Made by a program: the position numbers and the translations under genes. The notes below the pieces were generated by a model. It did no database searches and was not told where the DNA came from. It worked only from the letters and a program-made list of their open reading frames with translations. Positions 41,101-56,100 of a stretch of 64,000 nt of DNA are shown one piece after another; the stretch's first letter is position 1, and each line of letters begins with the position of its first letter. Origin of the DNA: the human T2T-CHM13v2.0 reference genome, Homo sapiens; the NCBI RefSeq assembly GCF_009914755.1, contig NC_060941.1. One strand, 5' to 3'.

Positions 41101-44100
41101 TGATGATTGCATTCAAGTCACAGAGTTGAACATTCCCTTTGACAGAGCAGTTTGGAAACTCTCTTTGTGTAGAATCTGCAAGTGGAGATATGGACCGCTT
41201 TGAGGCCTATGGTAGTAAAGGAAATAGCTTCATATAAAAGCTAGACAGTAGCATTCACAGAAAACTCTTGGTGACGACTGAGTTTAACTCACAGAGCTGA
41301 ACATTCCTTTGGATGGAGCAGTTTCGAAACACACTATTTGTAGAATGTGCAAGTGGATATTTAGGCCTCTCTGAGGATTTCGTTGGAAACGGGTTAAACC
41401 GCACAGAACTAAACAGAAGCATTCTCAGAACCTTCTTCGTGATGTTTGCATTCAACTCACAGTGTTGAACCTTTCTTTGATAGTTCAGGTTTGAAACGGT
41501 CTTTCTGCAGAAACTGCAAGTAGATATTTGGACCGCTCTGAGGATTTCGTTGGAAACGGGATAACCCGCACAGAACTAAAACAGAAGCCTTCTCAGAACC
41601 CTCTTCGTGATGTTTGCATTCAACTCACAGTGCTGAACCTTTCTTTGATAGTTCAGCTTTGAAACACTCTTTTTGTAGAAACTGCAAGTGGATATTTGGT
41701 CCTCTCTGAGCATTTCGTTGGAAACGGGATAAACTGCACAGAACTAAACAGAAGCATTCTCAGAACCTTCTTCGTGATGTCTGCATTCAACTCACAGTGT
41801 GGAACCTTTCTTTGATAGTTCAGGTTTGAAACACTCTTTTTGTAGAAACTGCAAGGGGATAATTGCACTCTTTGAGGAGTACCGTAGTAAAGGAAATAAC
41901 TTCCTATAAAAAGAAGACAGAAGCTTTCTCAGAAAATTCTTTGGGATGATTGAGTTGAACTCACAGAGCTGAGCATTCCTTGCGATGTAGCAGTTTAGAA
42001 ACACACTTTCTGCAGAATCTGCAAGTGCATATTTGGACCTCTGTGAGGAATTCGTTGGAAACGGGATAATTTCAGCTGACTAAACAGAAGCAGTCTCAGA
42101 ATCTTCTTTGTGATGTTTGCATTCAAATCCCCGAGTTGAACTTTCCTTTCAAAGTTCACGTTTGAAACACTCTTTTTGCAGGATCTACAAGTGGATATTT
42201 GGACCACTCTGTGTCCTTCGTTCGAAACGGGTATATCTTCACATGACATCTAGACAGAAGCATCCTCAGAAGCTTCTCTGTGATGACTGCATTCAACTCA
42301 CGGAGTTGAACACTCCTTTTGAGAGCGCAGTTTTGAAACTCTCTTTCTGTGGCATCTGCAAGGGGACATGTAGACCTCTTTGAAGATTTCGTTGGAAACG
42401 GAATCATCTTCACATAAAAACTATACAGATGCATTCTCAGGAACTTTTTGGTGATGTTTGTATTCAACTCCCAGAGTTGAACTTTCCTTTGGAAAGAGCA
42501 GCTATGAAACACTGTTTTTCTAGAATCTGCAAGTGGACGTTTGGAGGGCTTTGTGGTTTGTGGTGGAAAAGGAAATATCTTCACCTAAATACTAGATAGA
42601 AGCATTCTCAGAAACTGCTTTGTGATGATTGCATTCACCTCACAGAGTTGAACATTCCTATTGATAGAGCAGTTTGGAAACACTCTTGTTGTGGAATGTG
42701 CAAGTGGAGATTTGGAGCGCTTTGAGGCCTATGGTAGTAAAGGGAATAGCTTCATAGAAAAACTAGACAGAAGCATTCTCAGAAAATACTTTGTGATGAT
42801 TGAGTTTAACTCACAGAGCTGAACATTCCTTTGGATGGAGCAGGTTTGAGACACACCTTTTGTAGAATCTACAAGTGGATATTTGGACCTCTCTGAGGAT
42901 TTCGTTGGAAACGGGATAACTGCACCTAACTAAACGGAAGCATTCTCAGAAACTTCTTGGTGATGTTTGCATTCAAATCCCAGAGTTGAACCTTCCTTTG
43001 ATAGTTCAGGTTTGAAACACTCTTTTTGTAGGATCTGCAAGTGGATATTTGGACCACTCTGTGGCCTTCGTTCGAAACGGGTATATCTTCGCATAAAATC
43101 TAGACAGAAGCCTTCTCAGAAACTTCTCTGTGATGATTGCATTCAACTCACAGAGTTGAACCCTCCTATGGATAGAGCAGTGTTGAAACTCTCTTTTTGT
43201 GGAATCTGCAAGTGGATATGTGGACCTCTCCGAAGATGTCTTTGGAAACGGGAATATCTTCACATAAAAACTAAACAGAAGCATTCTCAGAAACTTCTCT
43301 GTGATGTTTGTGTTCAACTCCCAGAGTTTCACATTGCTTTTCATAGAGTAGTTCTGAAACATGCTTTTCGTAGTGTCTACAAGTGGACATTTGGAGCGCT
43401 TTCAGGCCTGTGGTGGAAAACGAATTATGGTCACATAAAAACTGGAGAGAAGCATTGTCAGAAACTTCTTTGTGATGATTGCATTCAACTCACAGAGTTG
43501 AAGGTTCCTTTTCAAAGAGCAGTTTCCAATCACTCTTTCTGTGGAATCTGCAAGTGGATATTTGGACCTATTTTGAAGATTTCGTTGGAAACGGGAGAAT
43601 CTTCACAGGAAAGCTAAACAGAAGCATTCTCAGAAACTTCTTTGTGATGCTTGCATTCAACTCACAGAGTTGAACTTTCCTTTCGAGAGAGAAGCTTTGA
43701 AACACTCTTTTTCCAGAATCTGCAAGTGGACATTTGGAGGGCTTTGAGGCCTGTGGTGGAAAAGGAATTATCTTCCCGTAAAAGCTAGATAGAAGCATTC
43801 TCAGAAACTACTTTGTGATGATTGCATTCAAGTCACAGAGTTGAACATTCCCTTTGACAGAGCAGTTTGGAAACTCTCTTTGTGTAGAATCTGCAAGTGG
43901 AGATATGGACCGCTTTGAGGCCTATGGTAGTAAAGGAAATAGCTTCATATAAAAGCTAGACAGTAGCATTCACAGAAAACTCTTGGTGACGACTGAGTTT
44001 AACTCACAGAGCTGAACATTCCTTTGGATGGAGCAGTTTCGAAACACACTATTTGTAGAATGTGCAAGTGGATATTTAGGCCTCTCTGAGGATTTCGTTG

Positions 44101-47100
44101 GAAACGGGTTAAACCGCACAGAACTAAACAGAAGCATTCTCAGAACCTTCTTCGTGATGTTTGCATTCAACTCACAGTGTTGAACCTTTCTTTGATAGTT
44201 CAGGTTTGAAACGGTCTTTCTGCAGAAACTGCAAGTAGATATTTGGACCGCTCTGAGGATTTCGTTGGAAACGGGATAACCCGCACAGAACTAAAACAGA
44301 AGCCTTCTCAGAACCCTCTTCGTGATGTTTGCATTCAACTCACAGTGCTGAACCTTTCTTTGATAGTTCAGCTTTGAAACACTCTTTTTGTAGAAACTGC
44401 AAGTGGATATTTGGTCCTCTCTGAGCATTTCGTTGGAAACGGGATAAACTGCACAGAACTAAACAGAAGCATTCTCAGAACCTTCTTCGTGATGTCTGCA
44501 TTCAACTCACAGTGTGGAACCTTTCTTTGATAGTTCAGGTTTGAAACACTCTTTTTGTAGAAACTGCAAGGGGATAATTGCACTCTTTGAGGAGTACCGT
44601 AGTAAAGGAAATAACTTCCTATAAAAAGAAGACAGAAGCTTTCTCAGAAAATTCTTTGGGATGATTGAGTTGAACTCACAGAGCTGAGCATTCCTTGCGA
44701 TGTAGCAGTTTAGAAACACACTTTCTGCAGAATCTGCAAGTGCATATTTGGACCTCTGTGAGGAATTCGTTGGAAACGGGATAATTTCAGCTGACTAAAC
44801 AGAAGCAGTCTCAGAATCTTCTTTGTGATGTTTGCATTCAAATCCCCGAGTTGAACTTTCCTTTCAAAGTTCACGTTTGAAACACTCTTTTTGCAGGATC
44901 TACAAGTGGATATTTGGACCACTCTGTGTCCTTCGTTCGAAACGGGTATATCTTCACATGACATCTAGACAGAAGCATCCTCAGAAGCTTCTCTGTGATG
45001 ACTGCATTCAACTCACGGAGTTGAACACTCCTTTTGAGAGCGCAGTTTTGAAACTCTCTTTCTGTGGCATCTGCAAGGGGACATGTAGACCTCTTTGAAG
45101 ATTTCGTTGGAAACGGAATCATCTTCACATAAAAACTATACAGATGCATTCTCAGGAACTTTTTGGTGATGTTTGTATTCAACTCCCAGAGTTGAACTTT
45201 CCTTTGGAAAGAGCAGCTATGAAACACTGTTTTTCTAGAATCTGCAAGTGGACGTTTGGAGGGCTTTGTGGTTTGTGGTGGAAAAGGAAATATCTTCACC
45301 TAAATACTAGATAGAAGCATTCTCAGAAACTGCTTTGTGATGATTGCATTCACCTCACAGAGTTGAACATTCCTATTGATAGAGCAGTTTGGAAACACTC
45401 TTGTTGTGGAATGTGCAAGTGGAGATTTGGAGCGCTTTGAGGCCTATGGTAGTAAAGGGAATAGCTTCATAGAAAAACTAGACAGAAGCATTCTCAGAAA
45501 ATACTTTGTGATGATTGAGTTTAACTCACAGAGCTGAACATTCCTTTGGATGGAGCAGGTTTGAGACACACCTTTTGTAGAATCTACAAGTGGATATTTG
45601 GACCTCTCTGAGGATTTCGTTGGAAACGGGATAACTGCACCTAACTAAACGGAAGCATTCTCAGAAACTTCTTGGTGATGTTTGCATTCAAATCCCAGAG
45701 TTGAACCTTCCTTTGATAGTTCAGGTTTGAAACACTCTTTTTGTAGGATCTGCAAGTGGATATTTGGACCACTCTGTGGCCTTCGTTCGAAACGGGTATA
45801 TCTTCGCATAAAATCTAGACAGAAGCCTTCTCAGAAACTTCTCTGTGATGATTGCATTCAACTCACAGAGTTGAACCCTCCTATGGATAGAGCAGTGTTG
45901 AAACTCTCTTTTTGTGGAATCTGCAAGTGGATATGTGGACCTCTCCGAAGATGTCTTTGGAAACGGGAATATCTTCACATAAAAACTAAACAGAAGCATT
46001 CTCAGAAACTTCTCTGTGATGTTTGTGTTCAACTCCCAGAGTTTCACATTGCTTTTCATAGAGTAGTTCTGAAACATGCTTTTCGTAGTGTCTACAAGTG
46101 GACATTTGGAGCGCTTTCAGGCCTGTGGTGGAAAACGAATTATGGTCACATAAAAACTGGAGAGAAGCATTGTCAGAAACTTCTTTGTGATGATTGCATT
46201 CAACTCACAGAGTTGAAGGTTCCTTTTCAAAGAGCAGTTTCCAATCACTCTTTCTGTGGAATCTGCAAGTGGATATTTGGACCTATTTTGAAGATTTCGT
46301 TGGAAACGGGAGAATCTTCACAGGAAAGCTAAACAGAAGCATTCTCAGAAACTTCTTTGTGATGCTTGCATTCAACTCACAGAGTTGAACTTTCCTTTCG
46401 AGAGAGAAGCTTTGAAACACTCTTTTTCCAGAATCTGCAAGTGGACATTTGGAGGGCTTTGAGGCCTGTGGTGGAAAAGGAATTATCTTCCCGTAAAAGC
46501 TAGATAGAAGCATTCTCAGAAACTACTTTGTGATGATTGCATTCAAGTCACAGAGTTGAACATTCCCTTTGACAGAGCAGTTTGGAAACTCTCTTTGTGT
46601 AGAATCTGCAAGTGGAGATATGGACCGCTTTGAGGCCTATGGTAGTAAAGGAAATAGCTTCATATAAAAGCTAGACAGTAGCATTCACAGAAAACTCTTG
46701 GTGACGACTGAGTTTAACTCACAGAGCTGAACATTCCTTTGGATGGAGCAGTTTCGAAACACACTATTTGTAGAATGTGCAAGTGGATATTTAGGCCTCT
46801 CTGAGGATTTCGTTGGAAACGGGTTAAACCGCACAGAACTAAACAGAAGCATTCTCAGAACCTTCTTCGTGATGTTTGCATTCAACTCACAGTGTTGAAC
46901 CTTTCTTTGATAGTTCAGGTTTGAAACGGTCTTTCTGCAGAAACTGCAAGTAGATATTTGGACCGCTCTGAGGATTTCGTTGGAAACGGGATAACCCGCA
47001 CAGAACTAAAACAGAAGCCTTCTCAGAACCCTCTTCGTGATGTTTGCATTCAACTCACAGTGCTGAACCTTTCTTTGATAGTTCAGCTTTGAAACACTCT

Positions 47101-50100
47101 TTTTGTAGAAACTGCAAGTGGATATTTGGTCCTCTCTGAGCATTTCGTTGGAAACGGGATAAACTGCACAGAACTAAACAGAAGCATTCTCAGAACCTTC
47201 TTCGTGATGTCTGCATTCAACTCACAGTGTGGAACCTTTCTTTGATAGTTCAGGTTTGAAACACTCTTTTTGTAGAAACTGCAAGGGGATAATTGCACTC
47301 TTTGAGGAGTACCGTAGTAAAGGAAATAACTTCCTATAAAAAGAAGACAGAAGCTTTCTCAGAAAATTCTTTGGGATGATTGAGTTGAACTCACAGAGCT
47401 GAGCATTCCTTGCGATGTAGCAGTTTAGAAACACACTTTCTGCAGAATCTGCAAGTGCATATTTGGACCTCTGTGAGGAATTCGTTGGAAACGGGATAAT
47501 TTCAGCTGACTAAACAGAAGCAGTCTCAGAATCTTCTTTGTGATGTTTGCATTCAAATCCCCGAGTTGAACTTTCCTTTCAAAGTTCACGTTTGAAACAC
47601 TCTTTTTGCAGGATCTACAAGTGGATATTTGGACCACTCTGTGTCCTTCGTTCGAAACGGGTATATCTTCACATGACATCTAGACAGAAGCATCCTCAGA
47701 AGCTTCTCTGTGATGACTGCATTCAACTCACGGAGTTGAACACTCCTTTTGAGAGCGCAGTTTTGAAACTCTCTTTCTGTGGCATCTGCAAGGGGACATG
47801 TAGACCTCTTTGAAGATTTCGTTGGAAACGGAATCATCTTCACATAAAAACTATACAGATGCATTCTCAGGAACTTTTTGGTGATGTTTGTATTCAACTC
47901 CCAGAGTTGAACTTTCCTTTGGAAAGAGCAGCTATGAAACACTGTTTTTCTAGAATCTGCAAGTGGACGTTTGGAGGGCTTTGTGGTTTGTGGTGGAAAA
48001 GGAAATATCTTCACCTAAATACTAGATAGAAGCATTCTCAGAAACTGCTTTGTGATGATTGCATTCACCTCACAGAGTTGAACATTCCTATTGATAGAGC
48101 AGTTTGGAAACACTCTTGTTGTGGAATGTGCAAGTGGAGATTTGGAGCGCTTTGAGGCCTATGGTAGTAAAGGGAATAGCTTCATAGAAAAACTAGACAG
48201 AAGCATTCTCAGAAAATACTTTGTGATGATTGAGTTTAACTCACAGAGCTGAACATTCCTTTGGATGGAGCAGGTTTGAGACACACCTTTTGTAGAATCT
48301 ACAAGTGGATATTTGGACCTCTCTGAGGATTTCGTTGGAAACGGGATAACTGCACCTAACTAAACGGAAGCATTCTCAGAAACTTCTTGGTGATGTTTGC
48401 ATTCAAATCCCAGAGTTGAACCTTCCTTTGATAGTTCAGGTTTGAAACACTCTTTTTGTAGGATCTGCAAGTGGATATTTGGACCACTCTGTGGCCTTCG
48501 TTCGAAACGGGTATATCTTCGCATAAAATCTAGACAGAAGCCTTCTCAGAAACTTCTCTGTGATGATTGCATTCAACTCACAGAGTTGAACCCTCCTATG
48601 GATAGAGCAGTGTTGAAACTCTCTTTTTGTGGAATCTGCAAGTGGATATGTGGACCTCTCCGAAGATGTCTTTGGAAACGGGAATATCTTCACATAAAAA
48701 CTAAACAGAAGCATTCTCAGAAACTTCTCTGTGATGTTTGTGTTCAACTCCCAGAGTTTCACATTGCTTTTCATAGAGTAGTTCTGAAACATGCTTTTCG
48801 TAGTGTCTACAAGTGGACATTTGGAGCGCTTTCAGGCCTGTGGTGGAAAACGAATTATGGTCACATAAAAACTGGAGAGAAGCATTGTCAGAAACTTCTT
48901 TGTGATGATTGCATTCAACTCACAGAGTTGAAGGTTCCTTTTCAAAGAGCAGTTTCCAATCACTCTTTCTGTGGAATCTGCAAGTGGATATTTGGACCTA
49001 TTTTGAAGATTTCGTTGGAAACGGGAGAATCTTCACAGGAAAGCTAAACAGAAGCATTCTCAGAAACTTCTTTGTGATGCTTGCATTCAACTCACAGAGT
49101 TGAACTTTCCTTTCGAGAGAGAAGCTTTGAAACACTCTTTTTCCAGAATCTGCAAGTGGACATTTGGAGGGCTTTGAGGCCTGTGGTGGAAAAGGAATTA
49201 TCTTCCCGTAAAAGCTAGATAGAAGCATTCTCAGAAACTACTTTGTGATGATTGCATTCAAGTCACAGAGTTGAACATTCCCTTTGACAGAGCAGTTTGG
49301 AAACTCTCTTTGTGTAGAATCTGCAAGTGGAGATATGGACCGCTTTGAGGCCTATGGTAGTAAAGGAAATAGCTTCATATAAAAGCTAGACAGTAGCATT
49401 CACAGAAAACTCTTGGTGACGACTGAGTTTAACTCACAGAGCTGAACATTCCTTTGGATGGAGCAGTTTCGAAACACACTATTTGTAGAATGTGCAAGTG
49501 GATATTTAGGCCTCTCTGAGGATTTCGTTGGAAACGGGTTAAACCGCACAGAACTAAACAGAAGCATTCTCAGAACCTTCTTCGTGATGTTTGCATTCAA
49601 CTCACAGTGTTGAACCTTTCTTTGATAGTTCAGGTTTGAAACGGTCTTTCTGCAGAAACTGCAAGTAGATATTTGGACCGCTCTGAGGATTTCGTTGGAA
49701 ACGGGATAACCCGCACAGAACTAAAACAGAAGCATTCTCAGAACCCTCTTCGTGATGTTTGCATTCAACTCACAGTGCTGAACCTTTCTTTGATAGTTCA
49801 GCTTTGAAACACTCTTTTTGTAGAAACTGCAAGTGGATATTTGGTCCTCTCTGAGCATTTCGTTGGAAACGGGATAAACTGCACAGAACTAAACAGAAGC
49901 ATTCTCAGAACCTTCTTCGTGATGTCTGCATTCAACTCACAGTGTGGAACCTTTCTTTGATAGTTCAGGTTTGAAACACTCTTTTTGTAGAAACTGCAAG
50001 GGGATAATTGCACTCTTTGAGGAGTACCGTAGTAAAGGAAATAACTTCCTATAAAAAGAAGACAGAAGCTTTCTCAGAAAATTCTTTGGGATGATTGAGT

Positions 50101-53100
50101 TGAACTCACAGAGCTGAGCATTCCTTGCGATGTAGCAGTTTAGAAACACACTTTCTGCAGAATCTGCAAGTGCATATTTGGACCTCTGTGAGGAATTCGT
50201 TGGAAACGGGATAATTTCAGCTGACTAAACAGAAGCAGTCTCAGAATCTTCTTTGTGATGTTTGCATTCAAATCCCCGAGTTGAACTTTCCTTTCAAAGT
50301 TCACGTTTGAAACACTCTTTTTGCAGGATCTACAAGTGGATATTTGGACCACTCTGTGTCCTTCGTTCGAAACGGGTATATCTTCACATGACATCTAGAC
50401 AGAAGCATCCTCAGAAGCTTCTCTGTGATGACTGCATTCAACTCACGGAGTTGAACACTCCTTTTGAGAGCGCAGTTTTGAAACTCTCTTTCTGTGGCAT
50501 CTGCAAGGGGACATGTAGACCTCTTTGAAGATTTCGTTGGAAACGGAATCATCTTCACATAAAAACTATACAGATGCATTCTCAGGAACTTTTTGGTGAT
50601 GTTTGTATTCAACTCCCAGAGTTGAACTTTCCTTTGGAAAGAGCAGCTATGAAACACTGTTTTTCTAGAATCTGCAAGTGGACGTTTGGAGGGCTTTGTG
50701 GTTTGTGGTGGAAAAGGAAATATCTTCACCTAAATACTAGATAGAAGCATTCTCAGAAACTGCTTTGTGATGATTGCATTCACCTCACAGAGTTGAACAT
50801 TCCTATTGATAGAGCAGTTTGGAAACACTCTTGTTGTGGAATGTGCAAGTGGAGATTTGGAGCGCTTTGAGGCCTATGGTAGTAAAGGGAATAGCTTCAT
50901 AGAAAAACTAGACAGAAGCATTCTCAGAAAATACTTTGTGATGATTGAGTTTAACTCACAGAGCTGAACATTCCTTTGGATGGAGCAGGTTTGAGACACA
51001 CCTTTTGTAGAATCTACAAGTGGATATTTGGACCTCTCTGAGGATTTCGTTGGAAACGGGATAACTGCACCTAACTAAACGGAAGCATTCTCAGAAACTT
51101 CTTGGTGATGTTTGCATTCAAATCCCAGAGTTGAACCTTCCTTTGATAGTTCAGGTTTGAAACACTCTTTTTGTAGGATCTGCAAGTGGATATTTGGACC
51201 ACTCTGTGGCCTTCGTTCGAAACGGGTATATCTTCGCATAAAATCTAGACAGAAGCCTTCTCAGAAACTTCTCTGTGATGATTGCATTCAACTCACAGAG
51301 TTGAACCCTCCTATGGATAGAGCAGTGTTGAAACTCTCTTTTTGTGGAATCTGCAAGTGGATATGTGGACCTCTCCGAAGATGTCTTTGGAAACGGGAAT
51401 ATCTTCACATAAAAACTAAACAGAAGCATTCTCAGAAACTTCTCTGTGATGTTTGTGTTCAACTCCCAGAGTTTCACATTGCTTTTCATAGAGTAGTTCT
51501 GAAACATGCTTTTCGTAGTGTCTACAAGTGGACATTTGGAGCGCTTTCAGGCCTGTGGTGGAAAACGAATTATGGTCACATAAAAACTGGAGAGAAGCAT
51601 TGTCAGAAACTTCTTTGTGATGATTGCATTCAACTCACAGAGTTGAAGGTTCCTTTTCAAAGAGCAGTTTCCAATCACTCTTTCTGTGGAATCTGCAAGT
51701 GGATATTTGGACCTATTTTGAAGATTTCGTTGGAAACGGGAGAATCTTCACAGGAAAGCTAAACAGAAGCATTCTCAGAAACTTCTTTGTGATGCTTGCA
51801 TTCAACTCACAGAGTTGAACTTTCCTTTCGAGAGAGAAGCTTTGAAACACTCTTTTTCCAGAATCTGCAAGTGGACATTTGGAGGGCTTTGAGGCCTGTG
51901 GTGGAAAAGGAATTATCTTCCCGTAAAAGCTAGATAGAAGCATTCTCAGAAACTACTTTGTGATGATTGCATTCAAGTCACAGAGTTGAACATTCCCTTT
52001 GACAGAGCAGTTTGGAAACTCTCTTTGTGTAGAATCTGCAAGTGGAGATATGGACCGCTTTGAGGCCTATGGTAGTAAAGGAAATAGCTTCATATAAAAG
52101 CTAGACAGTAGCATTCACAGAAAACTCTTGGTGACGACTGAGTTTAACTCACAGAGCTGAACATTCCTTTGGATGGAGCAGTTTCGAAACACACTATTTG
52201 TAGAATGTGCAAGTGGATATTTAGGCCTCTCTGAGGATTTCGTTGGAAACGGGTTAAACCGCACAGAACTAAACAGAAGCATTCTCAGAACCTTCTTCGT
52301 GATGTTTGCATTCAACTCACAGTGTTGAACCTTTCTTTGATAGTTCAGGTTTGAAACGGTCTTTCTGCAGAAACTGCAAGTAGATATTTGGACCTCTCTG
52401 AGGATTTCGTTGGAAACGGGATAACCCGCACAGAACTAAAACAGAAGCCTTCTCAGAACCCTCTTCGTGATGTTTGCATTCAACTCACAGTGCTGAACCT
52501 TTCTTTGATAGTTCAGCTTTGAAACACTCTTTTTGTAGAAACTGCAAGTGGATATTTGGTCCTCTCTGAGCATTTCGTTGGAAACGGGATAAACTGCACA
52601 GAACTAAACAGAAGCATTCTCAGAACCTTCTTCGTGATGTCTGCATTCAACTCACAGTGTGGAACCTTTCTTTGATAGTTCAGGTTTGAAACACTCTTTT
52701 TGTAGAAACTGCAAGGGGATAATTGCACTCTTTGAGGAGTACCGTAGTAAAGGAAATAACTTCCTATAAAAAGAAGACAGAAGCTTTCTCAGAAAATTCT
52801 TTGGGATGATTGAGTTGAACTCACAGAGCTGAGCATTCCTTGCGATGTAGCAGTTTAGAAACACACTTTCTGCAGAATCTGCAAGTGCATATTTGGACCT
52901 CTGTGAGGAATTCGTTGGAAACGGGATAATTTCAGCTGACTAAACAGAAGCAGTCTCAGAATCTTCTTTGTGATGTTTGCATTCAAATCCCCGAGTTGAA
53001 CTTTCCTTTCAAAGTTCACGTTTGAAACACTCTTTTTGCAGGATCTACAAGTGGATATTTGGACCACTCTGTGTCCTTCGTTCGAAACGGGTATATCTTC

Positions 53101-56100
53101 ACATGACATCTAGACAGAAGCATCCTCAGAAGCTTCTCTGTGATGACTGCATTCAACTCACGGAGTTGAACACTCCTTTTGAGAGCGCAGTTTTGAAACT
53201 CTCTTTCTGTGGCATCTGCAAGGGGACATGTAGACCTCTTTGAAGATTTCGTTGGAAACGGAATCATCTTCACATAAAAACTATACAGATGCATTCTCAG
53301 GAACTTTTTGGTGATGTTTGTATTCAACTCCCAGAGTTGAACTTTCCTTTGGAAAGAGCAGCTATGAAACACTGTTTTTCTAGAATCTGCAAGTGGACGT
53401 TTGGAGGGCTTTGTGGTTTGTGGTGGAAAAGGAAATATCTTCACCTAAATACTAGATAGAAGCATTCTCAGAAACTGCTTTGTGATGATTGCATTCACCT
53501 CACAGAGTTGAACATTCCTATTGATAGAGCAGTTTGGAAACACTCTTGTTGTGGAATGTGCAAGTGGAGATTTGGAGCGCTTTGAGGCCTATGGTAGTAA
53601 AGGGAATAGCTTCATAGAAAAACTAGACAGAAGCATTCTCAGAAAATACTTTGTGATGATTGAGTTTAACTCACAGAGCTGAACATTCCTTTGGATGGAG
53701 CAGGTTTGAGACACACCTTTTGTAGAATCTACAAGTGGATATTTGGACCTCTCTGAGGATTTCGTTGGAAACGGGATAACTGCACCTAACTAAACGGAAG
53801 CATTCTCAGAAACTTCTTGGTGATGTTTGCATTCAAATCCCAGAGTTGAACCTTCCTTTGATAGTTCAGGTTTGAAACACTCTTTTTGTAGGATCTGCAA
53901 GTGGATATTTGGACCACTCTGTGGCCTTCGTTCGAAACGGGTATATCTTCGCATAAAATCTAGACAGAAGCCTTCTCAGAAACTTCTCTGTGATGATTGC
54001 ATTCAACTCACAGAGTTGAACCCTCCTATGGATAGAGCAGTGTTGAAACTCTCTTTTTGTGGAATCTGCAAGTGGATATGTGGACCTCTCCGAAGATGTC
54101 TTTGGAAACGGGAATATCTTCACATAAAAACTAAACAGAAGCATTCTCAGAAACTTCTCTGTGATGTTTGTGTTCAACTCCCAGAGTTTCACATTGCTTT
54201 TCATAGAGTAGTTCTGAAACATGCTTTTCGTAGTGTCTACAAGTGGACATTTGGAGCGCTTTCAGGCCTGTGGTGGAAAACGAATTATGGTCACATAAAA
54301 ACTGGAGAGAAGCATTGTCAGAAACTTCTTTGTGATGATTGCATTCAACTCACAGAGTTGAAGGTTCCTTTTCAAAGAGCAGTTTCCAATCACTCTTTCT
54401 GTGGAATCTGCAAGTGGATATTTGGACCTATTTTGAAGATTTCGTTGGAAACGGGAGAATCTTCACAGGAAAGCTAAACAGAAGCATTCTCAGAAACTTC
54501 TTTGTGATGCTTGCATTCAACTCACAGAGTTGAACTTTCCTTTCGAGAGAGAAGCTTTGAAACACTCTTTTTCCAGAATCTGCAAGTGGACATTTGGAGG
54601 GCTTTGAGGCCTGTGGTGGAAAAGGAATTATCTTCCCGTAAAAGCTAGATAGAAGCATTCTCAGAAACTACTTTGTGATGATTGCATTCAAGTCACAGAG
54701 TTGAACATTCCCTTTGACAGAGCAGTTTGGAAACTCTCTTTGTGTAGAATCTGCAAGTGGAGATATGGACCGCTTTGAGGCCTATGGTAGTAAAGGAAAT
54801 AGCTTCATATAAAAGCTAGACAGTAGCATTCACAGAAAACTCTTGGTGACGACTGAGTTTAACTCACAGAGCTGAACATTCCTTTGGATGGAGCAGTTTC
54901 GAAACACACTATTTGTAGAATGTGCAAGTGGATATTTAGGCCTCTCTGAGGATTTCGTTGGAAACGGGTTAAACCGCACAGAACTAAACAGAAGCATTCT
55001 CAGAACCTTCTTCGTGATGTTTGCATTCAACTCACAGTGTTGAACCTTTCTTTGATAGTTCAGGTTTGAAACGGTCTTTCTGCAGAAACTGCAAGTAGAT
55101 ATTTGGACCGCTCTGAGGATTTCGTTGGAAACGGGATAACCCGCACAGAACTAAAACAGAAGCATTCTCAGAACCCTCTTCGTGATGTTTGCATTCAACT
55201 CACAGTGCTGAACCTTTCTTTGATAGTTCAGCTTTGAAACACTCTTTTTGTAGAAACTGCAAGTGGATATTTGGTCCTCTCTGAGCATTTCGTTGGAAAC
55301 GGGATAAACTGCACAGAACTAAACAGAAGCATTCTCAGAACCTTCTTCGTGATGTCTGCATTCAACTCACAGTGTGGAACCTTTCTTTGATAGTTCAGGT
55401 TTGAAACACTCTTTTTGTAGAAACTGCAAGGGGATAATTGCACTCTTTGAGGAGTACCGTAGTAAAGGAAATAACTTCCTATAAAAAGAAGACAGAAGCT
55501 TTCTCAGAAAATTCTTTGGGATGATTGAGTTGAACTCACAGAGCTGAGCATTCCTTGCGATGTAGCAGTTTAGAAACACACTTTCTGCAGAATCTGCAAG
55601 TGCATATTTGGACCTCTGTGAGGAATTCGTTGGAAACGGGATAATTTCAGCTGACTAAACAGAAGCAGTCTCAGAATCTTCTTTGTGATGTTTGCATTCA
55701 AATCCCCGAGTTGAACTTTCCTTTCAAAGTTCACGTTTGAAACACTCTTTTTGCAGGATCTACAAGTGGATATTTGGACCACTCTGTGTCCTTCGTTCGA
55801 AACGGGTATATCTTCACATGACATCTAGACAGAAGCATCCTCAGAAGCTTCTCTGTGATGACTGCATTCAACTCACGGAGTTGAACACTCCTTTTGAGAG
55901 CGCAGTTTTGAAACTCTCTTTCTGTGGCATCTGCAAGGGGACATGTAGACCTCTTTGAAGATTTCGTTGGAAACGGAATCATCTTCACATAAAAACTATA
56001 CAGATGCATTCTCAGGAACTTTTTGGTGATGTTTGTATTCAACTCCCAGAGTTGAACTTTCCTTTGGAAAGAGCAGCTATGAAACACTGTTTTTCTAGAA

